Below the pieces are notes generated by a model. The model saw only the letters and a program-made list of their open reading frames with translations. It was not told the origin of the DNA and ran no database searches. Made by a program: the position numbers and the translations under genes. A stretch of 59,539 nucleotides of DNA from a virus (Duplodnaviria; Caudoviricetes), in IMG/VR virus record IMGVR_UViG_3300021092_000047, positions 1 through 59,539 of that record; one strand, 5' to 3'. Positions 24,663-34,872 of this stretch are shown in pieces; position 1 is the first letter of the stretch, and each line of letters starts with the position of its first letter.

Positions 24663-26662
24663 CGACTAGGATCCCAAGGAAACTTCTCAGAATAACCGCG
24701 TCGCCCGCCTTGCTCTCGACTAGGACAGGCGATAAAACTTTTTCCCCTGTTCCACTGTCGAATCATAAAACCGGCTTGATGCAGTTGTTCGCCGATTGTT
24801 ATGTCTCCGCCATTATGCCCTAATCGACGGTCTGGAATATCGGCTAATCGCATTGCTTCCGTTGAAAGTGCCCAACACCAGCCAACGGCAAAATCGATGA
24901 TACTACCATTTGTTGTTTCCTGTTGACCTCCGCGCGTACGGAAAAACTTACCTCGATGCCACGGCGATTCGCGGAACCAAATATCAGGCCTTCCACCGCC
25001 TTTGCTATAAATTGAAATGTCGTGGTACATAATGTTACCAAACATGCGGTAACCGTAAGGATGACCGGCAATGATTGTCTGAGCCAAGTCAGATAGCCAA
25101 TGCGGTTGCACTACCCAAGTATCGTCATCAAGCCAAATGATGTAGTTAGTCTCAATCGGCTTATTTGGGTCCCAAAACATATCCCGCATGACGGGATATT
25201 TGTGCTTGTTAGCAACATTTACGTACAGCTTGGAAATCGGCAATGTTTTAAGAAAATCTAACGTAGCTGGTGCGGCTTCATTAGTAGCTACACGCAAGTC
25301 CATTCGCTCTGGAGGTACTGTCGCTAACAAACTTGAAAGACATTTTTTGGCAATGTCAGTATGTGGACCATAGCACAGAACACACACAGTAAACTTACCG
25401 CCAATTATGGCATGATCTAGAAGTGGAAGTTTTTTCTGAATCGTGCCGACACCGGCCCGCGTAAGCTCACGCGGGTGTACTTGATGATGCGGCTTTTGCT
25501 CGCGACTTTCAGTTGAAGGTTCACGTACAACTTTAACGTCTGGTATTGCTTCAACGGCACAATCTCGCACTCGAATTAGTTCTACCTTTGGAATTTGAAT
25601 TGCAGGCGCAGGATCTGCCTTCAATTCCGGAATTGAAGGCATTGGAAATTCTTTTGGGGTGCCAATAGGTGGAAGTATTTTCTTGTCGTAGTAATCCATG
25701 ACAGCCTCAACAACATGATCAGATAAAATGAGATCCTGGCATTTAGCTACAGCGTGCGTAACTGCGGGACGCACTGGGTTACGGCACAACGTGTAGCTCT
25801 TGCGAGTTAAGTCTGAAGGATCTAGCGGTATTGTACGCTTCTTCCAGCAACCTTGTTTGTCACAGCAATCTAGTAGTCCAATGGTATGCAGAAACTTGTG
25901 CTCGACATTTACTGAATTTGCTTGCACACCAAAAGCTTGAAAGTTATTTACATAGGCTTCAAACCAAGGTTCTTCTCGTCCCCCTGCGTAAACCACGCAA
26001 GGTTTCTCAAACGCAGCAGCAATGTGCATAGCTCCGGTAACCCCGCAGATGACACCGTCCGCATGCAGAATGATATTCCATAAGTCTCTTACGTTCTCTG
26101 TTTGTCCTAGCAAGTTTGTACAATTATGCAGAGGTGGATGGACATGATTTGAGTGTACTGCACCAACTTGTACGCAATGAATACCCTGACTTAGAAGTTT
26201 ATCTACGACTTCTTGAGCTCGATGCGCGTGCCAGTGCTTAGTGGTCAGATCTAGTTTACCGCCTGACAGGATTACCCAGTACCGCCCTTGTATTCGACGT
26301 ATGCGTTCTTCTGCGGTTAGATGCAGATCGGGCTTAGGCTCAGTTACCGGTACTTTGATTCCGGTTTTGCGCCAGAAATCGTAGTGATACCAAGCAAGGA
26401 TGTGCGTCATTACACGCTGCTGTCCGTAATGCGCATATCCGTTCCACTTAATCGCATCACCCCAGCTAACTTCTACGCGCGTTGCTTGTGTCTTGCTGTC
26501 AAATCGAGCAATATATGGGTTGTTCCACCACACATTGGTGAAGTGCGTATCAACCTGTATCTCGTACTCGCCTGGATAGGCTTTGTGGATGTCTCGAATT
26601 AGTGCCGTTAGTAGTATCGTGTCTCCAAGCGCCCACTTGTGGCGTATCGTCAGACGCTTCAC
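24659..26662 (-). CDS. glycosyltransferase fusion: GT9 (heptosyltransferase-like) + GT-A/GT2-like
   Basis: ALGDTILLTALIRDIHKAYP and TGAMHIAAAFEKPCVV (GT9); IIWLDDD DxD motif (GT-A). Confidence 0.8.
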   Translation of the reverse strand: MKRLTIRHKWALGDTILLTALIRDIHKAYPGEYEIQVDTHFTNVWWNNPYIARFDSKTQATRVEVSWGDAIKWNGYAHYGQQRVMTHILAWYHYDFWRKTGIKVPVTEPKPDLHLTAEERIRRIQGRYWVILSGGKLDLTTKHWHAHRAQEVVDKLLSQGIHCVQVGAVHSNHVHPPLHNCTNLLGQTENVRDLWNIILHADGVICGVTGAMHIAAAFEKPCVVYAGGREEPWFEAYVNNFQAFGVQANSVNVEHKFLHTIGLLDCCDKQGCWKKRTIPLDPSDLTRKSYTLCRNPVRPAVTHAVAKCQDLILSDHVVEAVMDYYDKKILPPIGTPKEFPMPSIPELKADPAPAIQIPKVELIRVRDCAVEAIPDVKVVREPSTESREQKPHHQVHPRELTRAGVGTIQKKLPLLDHAIIGGKFTVCVLCYGPHTDIAKKCLSSLLATVPPERMDLRVATNEAAPATLDFLKTLPISKLYVNVANKHKYPVMRDMFWDPNKPIETNYIIWLDDDTWVVQPHWLSDLAQTIIAGHPYGYRMFGNIMYHDISIYSKGGGRPDIWFRESPWHRGKFFRTRGGQQETTNGSIIDFAVGWCWALSTEAMRLADIPDRRLGHNGGDITIGEQLHQAGFMIRQWNRGKSFIACPSREQGGRRGYSEKFPWDPSR

Positions 26663-26677
26663 ACATCACTCCTTGAG

Positions 26678-27022
26678 TCAATGTTCATGAGGAACTGCAT
26701 TAGATAATTGAGGATGTCTTGCGATACACCAGTCTCGAACTCGAGGGCCAAGCTGACAACCAGCACCGTCAATTCCAAACTTAGAAAAAAAGTCTTTACC
26801 TCCTTCTTCTGGTTTTACGGTTACTTGTACTGCCGTCATCGGTTGGCGTCCTGCTTGGTATGCTTCATTAGAACGCCAAATTTTGAAGACACCAATGAAA
26901 GCCTGAAGCTCAAAGTTTAGATGTACTTCAGTCAACACTGCGTAAGCGTTTGAAATGTCTTCTGTTCCCTGAGGATCTTCAATCGTTAGGGAACAGGCCA
27001 TTGGATAAAGATCTACAGCCAC
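26678..27022 (-). CDS. hypothetical protein (possible fibre chaperone)
   Basis: Directly downstream of the collagen-like gene. Confidence 0.55.
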   Translation of the reverse strand: MAVDLYPMACSLTIEDPQGTEDISNAYAVLTEVHLNFELQAFIGVFKIWRSNEAYQAGRQPMTAVQVTVKPEEGGKDFFSKFGIDGAGCQLGPRVRDWCIARHPQLSNAVPHEH

Positions 27023-27037
27023 AACATTACTTTCTTG

Positions 27038-28662
27038 CTAAAGCGTTATTGATTCCAAGACAAAGCGAAATAACTTTCCGCTACTTTCTTTGTAAACCAA
27101 CGTTTGTTGATTTACCGAATAGTATAGTGTGTCGTTAGCCGCTTCGTCATCTAGTAGCTGTGTAATTTTTAGTCCACCCGCGGCATCTGTCGCCGATCGA
27201 CCAGGAGGGCCTTGCGGTCCAACAAGTGTTGAAATAAAGCTGGAGTCAAGAAACGGCGTAATGTCAAAGTTTTTAGACGGTAAGTAAGGATTAAAATTGT
27301 CGCCAAGGCGCATCTCGGGAACTGTTGTTGGGTTAGGTGGTTGCGGATTTCCAGTAGCGCCGGATGACCCTGTAGCCCCTGGAGGCCCTGTATCCCCTGG
27401 AGGCCCTGGAGGCCCTGGAGGCCCTGGAGGCCCGGAAGGACATTCTGTACAACCTCCGGGTGCGCCCTGCGGTCCCGGATAGCCTTGCGGACCTTCAGAA
27501 CCTTGCGGACCTGACGGGCCTTGCGGACCCTGCGGACCTGCAGAACCTGGCAGGCCTTGCGGACCTGCAGAACCTGGCAGGCCTTGCGGGCCAGGAAAGC
27601 CGTAAGGTCCAAACGGCCCAGGAGGACCTTGCGGACCCTGCGGACCTGCAGAACCTTGCGGACCTGCAGAACCTTGCGGACCCTGCGGGCCGCCCAAACC
27701 TTGGGGGCCGCTCAAACCTTGGGGGCCGTCTACCCCCTGATGTCCTGCGGGACCCGCGGGGCCTGGAGGGCCGTTTGGGCCTGGGGGGCCGTCTGGGCCT
27801 TGAGGACCGTCTGGGCCTTGAGGACCGTCTGGGCCTTGAGGGCCTTCTGAGCCGTCTTGGCCTTCTGGGCCTGGAGGGCCGTCTGGGCCTGGAGGGCCGT
27901 CTGGGCCTGGGGGGCCGTCTGGGCCTGGGGGGCCGTCTGGGCCTGGGGGTCCGTCTGGGCCTGGAGGGCCGTCTGGGCCTGGGGGTCCGTCTGGGCCTGG
28001 GGGTCCGTCTGGGCCTGGGGGGCCGTCTGGGCCTTCTGGGCCTGGAGGGCCGTCTGGGCCTTCTGGGCCTTCTGGGCCGTCTGGGCCTTGGGGGCCTTCT
28101 GGGCCTTGGGGGCCTTCTGGGCCTTGGGCGCCGATATCTCCGCCAGGCGGGCCTGGCGGACCTTGCGGACCTTGAAGTCCGACTTGAGGACATGGAAATA
28201 CGATGTCTAAATCAAATTCATAAGTACAATCATCCTTTTTGATAACATTCAAAAAAGCTGAAGGCGGACCACAAGGGCCAATTGAATTGCCGTTACTGCC
28301 GCCAATACTGCTAGAGGTAATACTAGGACACGGAAAATCAATCTCTAAATTAAAGTCGTAGTCACAGCATTCGCCTTTAATTACAGAGAAAAAAGCGCGC
28401 TCTTGTCCGACTGGAACAATACGTACCTCTGCCTCAGCGCCAGAAGCCTCACCGTCAAAGGTTATGAGCGGGCATAAAGGCTCCGGCTCAAGCAGTGGTA
28501 TTAAATACGGCGGACAATCCCATATCGTTTCCGGCGAGGTAAGCACCTGCGGATTAGTAATCCAATCACCTTCCGGTATTGGAAAAATACAAGGAACGTC
28601 ACACTTGATGATGTCAAATACAGGTTCTTGTGATCCTTGCGGGCAAGGCGTTGTTGGAGCCA
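27038..28662 (-). CDS. collagen-like tail fibre protein
   Basis: Long Gly-X-Y run (GPDGPP, GPQ); Cys-containing YxFxLxIxFPCP N-terminal repeats; GGAGGAG RBS before MAPTTP. Confidence 0.8.
27360..28175. repeat. 9/18-bp coding tandem repeats (collagen)
   Basis: CTGGGCCTGG(A/G)GG(G/T)CCGT-type and CCTTGCGGA units. Confidence 0.9.
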
Positions 28663-28679
28663 TGATAAACTGCTCCTCC

Positions 28680-29702
28680 TTAAATCGACTCAGAAACTGC
28701 GGAGTAAAGACAGAGCGACAAATCAACTAAGTTAATATCAACAATCAACTTGTTGGCGTTCGTATCTGCCGTGATAGCAACACCTGTACCCGCAAACAAA
28801 GTCAAATTTGGTCCCGCCAATCCATTAACCGTACGCAGCACTTCATCGCAGTAATAATCACCCGAAAATAGATTATTTTCAGCGCCAATAGGTGGTGTTT
28901 CTTCTAGGAAAAGTGGAATTTGTTCACACGGCTCACCCCGCCCTGCATTAATTACCGCAGTGAGTTGAATAGTGTTGGCTAGATTGTTTTGACTGATTGA
29001 CATGTTGTAGCCCGCGCGCAATCGTAAATCGCCTTGTAAACATTCTTGATTTACATAGATAATCCCTGTCGGAAAAGGCCACTGATTAGGCGGGCAATCC
29101 GCAGGACGCGAAGCTCGCGTTCGATCGGCGTTAGCTATATTGATTGATACCAGTTGGTTTTGGTCTAAGTTCTGAATTAACGCAGGCTCTACAACTGCTT
29201 CGTCACTACTGGTGCGCGTAATCGTTTCGCTGATGCCTAAACGAACCACAATCTGCTCAATTCGTCCGGTAACTAAATAACCTGACCAAAAAGGCTCACC
29301 GCATTCTGCGTCTAGAATAGATTCAGACAATGACAGCGACAGCGATTGACTTACTGGAAAAGGGTTAGGAATGTCGCTGTCGACAAACTCCCGTGCGTAT
29401 AGCGGGTCTGAAGTATCTCGACTAAAAATAATTGGAGTGTTTACTAAATTAGGAGCGTCAGAACGAAATTCAAAATCAAGACGAGTCGCATTTAATCGAG
29501 ATATTTTGTACAGAAAAACCGAATGTACACCTTCAACAAACCCGGATTCGGGACCCATAACAAAACCACAATCAGCAATAAAGTCATCAGGTAATTGCAG
29601 CATCGTTACCGGACCGCTAGGCGGAGTATTTACACCAGCAGTTCCTTTCTGAAAAGGAAATGTTCGATTGATGTTGTCGTTAAAAAAGTTAGGACGCGGC
29701 AC
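28680..29702 (-). CDS. tail/baseplate-associated structural protein (paralog family)
   Basis: [10 protein letters not shown] start; LRTVNGL motif; Cys-rich C-terminus. Confidence 0.6.
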   Translation of the reverse strand: MPRPNFFNDNINRTFPFQKGTAGVNTPPSGPVTMLQLPDDFIADCGFVMGPESGFVEGVHSVFLYKISRLNATRLDFEFRSDAPNLVNTPIIFSRDTSDPLYAREFVDSDIPNPFPVSQSLSLSLSESILDAECGEPFWSGYLVTGRIEQIVVRLGISETITRTSSDEAVVEPALIQNLDQNQLVSINIANADRTRASRPADCPPNQWPFPTGIIYVNQECLQGDLRLRAGYNMSISQNNLANTIQLTAVINAGRGEPCEQIPLFLEETPPIGAENNLFSGDYYCDEVLRTVNGLAGPNLTLFAGTGVAITADTNANKLIVDINLVDLSLCLYSAVSESI

Positions 29703-29711
29703 GATTTAATC

Positions 29712-30530
29712 TCACTGCAGATTGTCGTTGTTGTTAGGTGTATTTCCTTCGACCGTAAGCACAATTCCTTCCGCCGTAGTTCTTACTCGCAAGGCGGCAT
29801 CAGCCGCTAAAGCGTCATTCATTTGAAGGTTAAAATTGCCATACGCATCTGGCTGACAGTCATACATTGTAACTCCATTCAACACGCGAATTGTACGAAT
29901 AGGGTTAATCGGAACAAACAAATCGTCAGGAGAGCAGAGTCGTTGAAGGTACAACGGATCCCCTATAACATCAACTCGTAGACGTAACACCGGATTGTTG
30001 TCTTGATCGGTTGTTACTTCGGTACGAAGCAAGACACCATCCTCGCCAACAAGCCAAACGCGACCGGAAAGTATTTCACCAGTTTCTAGTCGTAATCCGC
30101 TGACTCCTGGATCCGGAACAGGCATTTGACAGGTAACGCAAAACTCAGTCTGGCTTCTTTCAAACGCATGCGTACCTACGCCCCAAGCCGATACTAATGA
30201 AAGCCTATCTGGTTCACTAACAAGCACACCACCAGGTCTTCCATTTATATCCTTGAGCTGAATCACACCTTCAGTTGCAGGGATACTCACAGTACCGGAT
30301 AGTCTTAACGGATCTACACTGTCGCCTACATAAATAGTGAACTGATCAGAGCGAACGATAACCCTAGAAACATAGTAACGCCCGCCGCTAGCTACTGAAT
30401 ACAAATGGGCATCTAAAAAAGTACCTTCTAAGAAGCTAACACGCCCGTTAGACAACCGTGCTGTAGCGATAAAAGGGTACTTAGTATTTTCTAGCGAGGC
30501 TATGAACTCAGGAAAGCGAATGTTATCCAT
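29712..30530 (-). CDS. tail/baseplate-associated structural protein (paralog family)
   Basis: LENTKYPF; IRTI...PDAYGNFNL. Confidence 0.6.
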   Translation of the reverse strand: MDNIRFPEFIASLENTKYPFIATARLSNGRVSFLEGTFLDAHLYSVASGGRYYVSRVIVRSDQFTIYVGDSVDPLRLSGTVSIPATEGVIQLKDINGRPGGVLVSEPDRLSLVSAWGVGTHAFERSQTEFCVTCQMPVPDPGVSGLRLETGEILSGRVWLVGEDGVLLRTEVTTDQDNNPVLRLRVDVIGDPLYLQRLCSPDDLFVPINPIRTIRVLNGVTMYDCQPDAYGNFNLQMNDALAADAALRVRTTAEGIVLTVEGNTPNNNDNLQ

Positions 30531-32230
30531 TAAAGAATCACCTCATCGACTCGCCAAAACGAGAAGTAGCTTTTTGATCTGTTTGTGTACAGCCCAGCAA
30601 GTCCAGAGTCTTCTACCCACCGCCTTGAAGACAAGCTGCTGTTTATTGTGACGCTAATAGCTGGATCTGTGATTCCGGTAAGCGTTGCTGTTAATAAAAC
30701 TGTTGTCAGATTCGCCGGATTAGGTCTAACCGTAAAACGAATGCGATACCAGTCTTCAATTCTTGCGTCAGCTACTTCGCTCTGCGCCAGTGGCAACAAG
30801 TTCAGTCCGTTAAAAAAGTAAATTCCAAAAGTGCTGTTGTCGATGTTCAACAAAGCTACAAGGTAGTTAGCTAAAGTTGACGTAGCTAAGCGGTAATTTA
30901 CTAACACACCTGCATTTTTTAAGCTACCCAGCTGACCTTGTACTATTTTAAAGTCTGTAGTGTACGTGCGGAACAGTGTTTGAACGTCAAGCGACCACAC
31001 GCTGATGTTAGTCACCGACTGTGCTTTTGCGCTGAGTGTTCCATAAGAACTAAACACTTCAATCGGCGGAACTAGATTTCCACTTTCCGAAATAGAGCTA
31101 AACGAACAATCATTTGTGCTAGATTCTGGTGGTCCTTGGCAACAAAAATTTTCGTCTGGACTATCATCAACAATAAAGCTCCAAGACGATTCGGCGATTT
31201 GGAAGAATCCATGCGCCGTCGCATCGTCAAACGTCTCACAGTACGGCAAAGATAAAATAGTCTCAACGGATTCGCTAATGCTAAACGGAGGTACGATAGG
31301 TGGCTGTGGTGGTATTGGTGGCACGATAATTACCGGAGGCAGCTCATTTGGAAGCTCGCCGGTTTGTAGATTCGGCAAGTAGGGCGGCTTGCAACTTTGA
31401 GATAGCCCTAGCTCGCAATCGATAACAACACCGCAGTCAACGGTGTTACGGCCGACAGTAGCGCAACCACGGAAATCTAAAGTAATTACACCGTCACAAT
31501 CAGGGCCTACGCCGTTAATTGATTCGATAGGCTGAGGATCTCCGCACGTTCGAGAACCCACCCGTTTACCGCAAGGGCCTGCAAATGCTTTGAAGACTGA
31601 AGTGGCACTAGTAGCAGCAAACGCCTGAATTTCCACGGCAGGCTCTACTAAACTAAACACAATAACATTGTCATACTCGACTCCGTTTATTGTGCGAGTT
31701 GCTTTTGTCAGCTTTAGAGGGGGAGTTGCAAGCAAGTCTACTAAACCAGTTAGAGGTTTAGCTGCGTTCTCAATGCCAATTGAACGCACAGGAGGACGCC
31801 GACTTGGCCTAGCCGCGCGAGGCGTTAAAAGAGACTGCTGCGGACTACTAAATTTTCCTGTGTATGGTGGTATGTCTACATTTCCAAAGACAATAAAACC
31901 ACCGGCTCCTGCTATAAAAGATTGAAGTGAGTAAGTCCTATTTGGAGTGAAATCAGCTAAAGGCAAAGTAACACCAGCAACAAGTTGCGAACCTGAGCTG
32001 TTGTCTAAAGTATCGCTTACCTCAATCAGTGTCGTAACGAGGTGCGGCGTCAACGAAGCAGCACTGACAAACGCATATCTACCTAATTCAATAGGCCAAC
32101 GTAAACGCAAATCTACAATCAACGCAGACGGCAATAACTCTCCCTGATCTGAAATGGCTGAAGCGGTATCATCTAAAGGATAGTACCGCTGCTCGTTAAG
32201 GTTGTACCAGTGGTTGTTACGAATCGCCAT
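30530..32230 (-). CDS. tail/baseplate-associated structural protein (paralog family) with C-terminal beta-rich domain
   Basis: NLNEQRYYPL; IESINGVGPD. Confidence 0.6.
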   Translation of the reverse strand: MAIRNNHWYNLNEQRYYPLDDTASAISDQGELLPSALIVDLRLRWPIELGRYAFVSAASLTPHLVTTLIEVSDTLDNSSGSQLVAGVTLPLADFTPNRTYSLQSFIAGAGGFIVFGNVDIPPYTGKFSSPQQSLLTPRAARPSRRPPVRSIGIENAAKPLTGLVDLLATPPLKLTKATRTINGVEYDNVIVFSLVEPAVEIQAFAATSATSVFKAFAGPCGKRVGSRTCGDPQPIESINGVGPDCDGVITLDFRGCATVGRNTVDCGVVIDCELGLSQSCKPPYLPNLQTGELPNELPPVIIVPPIPPQPPIVPPFSISESVETILSLPYCETFDDATAHGFFQIAESSWSFIVDDSPDENFCCQGPPESSTNDCSFSSISESGNLVPPIEVFSSYGTLSAKAQSVTNISVWSLDVQTLFRTYTTDFKIVQGQLGSLKNAGVLVNYRLATSTLANYLVALLNIDNSTFGIYFFNGLNLLPLAQSEVADARIEDWYRIRFTVRPNPANLTTVLLTATLTGITDPAISVTINSSLSSRRWVEDSGLAGLYTNRSKSYFSFWRVDEVIL

Positions 32231-32248
32231 GAGTTAAGCCTGCTAGTA

Positions 32249-33904
32249 TCATTCACAATCGCAACGGTTACAGTAAGGATTAGTTTCGTCAACGACTGTG
32301 AGCTCGCCAATATATTCGCTGTCTACTTCAATTGGAGGTATATATCCTGCCAAGTCTAACATCGTTTCTGCGTCAGCAAAAATAGGATTGATCCACTGTA
32401 CACTGCAAGGAAGCGCTGTTGGCGGACAGGGAGTACTGTCAAAGTAACTAGCACTCCACAAACGAATTTTAACTGAACCTGGCGGCAATGATTTTGCAGC
32501 GGGAATGCAGATTCGTCCGTTTATTGTAATGGTGTCCCCGGCTGCTAAAGGGTACACAGAATAAGTGCGGACATTATAACCCCAGAAAAAAGGACTAAGC
32601 GGTGGAATAGGCAGGATTGGTACAGGTCCATTGCATTCTTGAGGACCTTCCACGTAAGCCGGTTCACAATCAATAATTTGTTCATCCGGCGTGTACACGC
32701 CGTTGACGTAAACCAAAAACGCAACATAGAAATAACCATTAATTGCAATGCAACTACGAGCATTGCAGTAACCAATACCCCATCTAAACTTTCCGTCTCC
32801 GTCAACGACTACACGACCTCTAAGTCTAGCAGATTCGCGAATTTGCTTTTGGATCAGCCAACGTTCTCGATTGGAGTTGTAAGTGTTTCTTGTTATTTCT
32901 GCTAAACTAGCGACATCCTTGTATAGAAACCATTGTCGTTTAAGGCCTTGATAGGTCTGGGCGAAATACGTACAGTCGCAACAGTTAGTACAATCGTTGC
33001 TCAGCTGTATTGCAGATCTTGCTTGCGTTGTAGGTAGTCCAAAAGCGGCATACGCAACTTCGCGAGGTAGCAAACTAGTTACACTTACAGGTCTTTGATT
33101 ACGAATACAGCTTTCTGTGTCGTAATTAAAATTTTGGTGAGCGTTACTGGCTACGCGGTTAATTGTGCGTAACTGTACCTCTTCATCTACGCAGCCAGGA
33201 AAAGTTCCAAGCCCCGCACCGGGAGTTGCGTCTAGTTCAATTCGATTGACAGTACGTTTACCTGGTTTTAATGGCTTGACGTTAATCGACGACACTAGGC
33301 TTAGCTCTGGAATTGTTTGCTCTGTTAGTTGTGTGAGTGCTATATTGTAGCCCTCTGAAAATATAACAGCAGTTTTTCCTACAGAAGTAAGTCCTATCTG
33401 TAATGACGTTACTCGCCTGGGTAACTTGTACCAGCAGTCAGCTTGTAATTCTCCGTTAACCGGCTCAATGTATTGATCGTAAGTACGCGTTTGTCCGCTT
33501 GCGATGTCTGCGGCAGTCCATTCTGTGAACTTAGTGCAACGACACACTCGGTCTGCGTTGGTCCATTCAAGAATAAGCAACCGATTATCCCACAAGCTAC
33601 TTGTGAAAGTTTCTGCTTGTGTAGAGTCAAACACAACAACGTCGTTTGCATCAACAACAACAAGGTCATGCGAGTTTACAGGTGTTGGCCAACCCGGAGG
33701 AACAGGCACACTTACAGCACCAAAGCCATATAACCAGGCGACACGAAGAGGGTAAACAATTTCATGAGACATGTCGTCAAATGAAACAAAGAAATCACCA
33801 AGTAACTCTTGGATATCTGTAGATGGTTGAACAAACGGATAAAGCGAACCACTACTAGGTGGTTGATTTAAACCAATTGCTTGTCGTCCTCTTGGATTAG
33901 GCAT
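32249..33904 (-). CDS. tail/baseplate-associated structural protein (paralog family)
   Basis: SLYPF; LRTINRV; NDCTNCCDC followed by coiled coil. Confidence 0.6.
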   Translation of the reverse strand: MPNPRGRQAIGLNQPPSSGSLYPFVQPSTDIQELLGDFFVSFDDMSHEIVYPLRVAWLYGFGAVSVPVPPGWPTPVNSHDLVVVDANDVVVFDSTQAETFTSSLWDNRLLILEWTNADRVCRCTKFTEWTAADIASGQTRTYDQYIEPVNGELQADCWYKLPRRVTSLQIGLTSVGKTAVIFSEGYNIALTQLTEQTIPELSLVSSINVKPLKPGKRTVNRIELDATPGAGLGTFPGCVDEEVQLRTINRVASNAHQNFNYDTESCIRNQRPVSVTSLLPREVAYAAFGLPTTQARSAIQLSNDCTNCCDCTYFAQTYQGLKRQWFLYKDVASLAEITRNTYNSNRERWLIQKQIRESARLRGRVVVDGDGKFRWGIGYCNARSCIAINGYFYVAFLVYVNGVYTPDEQIIDCEPAYVEGPQECNGPVPILPIPPLSPFFWGYNVRTYSVYPLAAGDTITINGRICIPAAKSLPPGSVKIRLWSASYFDSTPCPPTALPCSVQWINPIFADAETMLDLAGYIPPIEVDSEYIGELTVVDETNPYCNRCDCE

Positions 33905-33906
33905 AT

Positions 33907-34860
33907 TTAATCACCCTGTAAACAGGTACGATCACCTAACCGAGCACCAAGAACTGTACTATCAAAAGTCGCAGTTTCTGCCGCTAGCTGGTTTATAAAC
34001 AACTCCAAGGAAGTGCGCTGAGCTGCAAAACGTTCTAAATCTCGGGTTATGGCTTCCAGTTCTGTACAGCCGCAGCAAGGTTGACAACAAGAATCGTTTA
34101 GCTTTAATCCGTTTGAAACGGGCGTAAAGCTCAAACAGTCATCTCCGATGAAGTTGAAATTACCATCAGACGTTGGTCGGATGCCGTTAATCGTTTTGAT
34201 GCAAGGTATCGCTGCTGCGTCACCTTCGCAAACACATTGCTCAACAGTACCTTCACCACTCAAAGCACTGATAACTACTTTAGTTTCGCTGGCAGTCACT
34301 ACGGTTGACAACTGAATGTTGTTACCCGCAACCAACTCAATATCACCATACAGTCGTTCACTCGCTGTTCCGGCCGCATTTGCAATACTAAAAGATGAAA
34401 TACCTTTAATCATTGGTCTGACAGCTTGAGGCTCAATTCGGCTTCCAGCTAAATCAAATTCAAACAAACCACTTGGCTGTAATTGAATAGTATCGACGCG
34501 TCCGATAACTATTTTCCCCGCGATATCATCATAGGGATCAATTCCGCCTAACGTAAAAACCTTATTACGCACATCACCTGTTGTCGGAATTAGCCCGGAA
34601 GCAACATCGTAAATTTCTGATCCTGTATCGTACGCCAGAATCAGTTGAATGCCAGAAGCGAACAAACCTAATTGCCGAATAAAAAATCTGCCAGTTTCCA
34701 TATCCATTGCCGGAGAAACAGGCAAGTCCAGGCCCACTAGGAAATCATTGGGTATTGTAAACGACGCTGTAACATCTTGCTTTGTAGCGTCAGTAGTTAA
34801 TGGATAACTTCGCTGTGCGTTGTGATTCAGGAACTCAAGGTTCCACTGTGAGAGCGGCAT
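33907..34860 (-). CDS. tail/baseplate-associated structural protein (paralog family)
   Basis: NHNAQRSYPL; IKTINGIRPTSDGNF; CCQPCCGC followed by coiled coil; GGAGG RBS. Confidence 0.6.
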   Translation of the reverse strand: MPLSQWNLEFLNHNAQRSYPLTTDATKQDVTASFTIPNDFLVGLDLPVSPAMDMETGRFFIRQLGLFASGIQLILAYDTGSEIYDVASGLIPTTGDVRNKVFTLGGIDPYDDIAGKIVIGRVDTIQLQPSGLFEFDLAGSRIEPQAVRPMIKGISSFSIANAAGTASERLYGDIELVAGNNIQLSTVVTASETKVVISALSGEGTVEQCVCEGDAAAIPCIKTINGIRPTSDGNFNFIGDDCLSFTPVSNGLKLNDSCCQPCCGCTELEAITRDLERFAAQRTSLELFINQLAAETATFDSTVLGARLGDRTCLQGD

Positions 34861-34872
34861 CCCTACCTCCGG

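Noticed and set aside
27169-28242. Arg/Pro-, Leu/Gly- and Trp-rich ORFs overlapping the collagen gene
   Set aside because: Alternative-frame shadows of the 9/18-bp repeat
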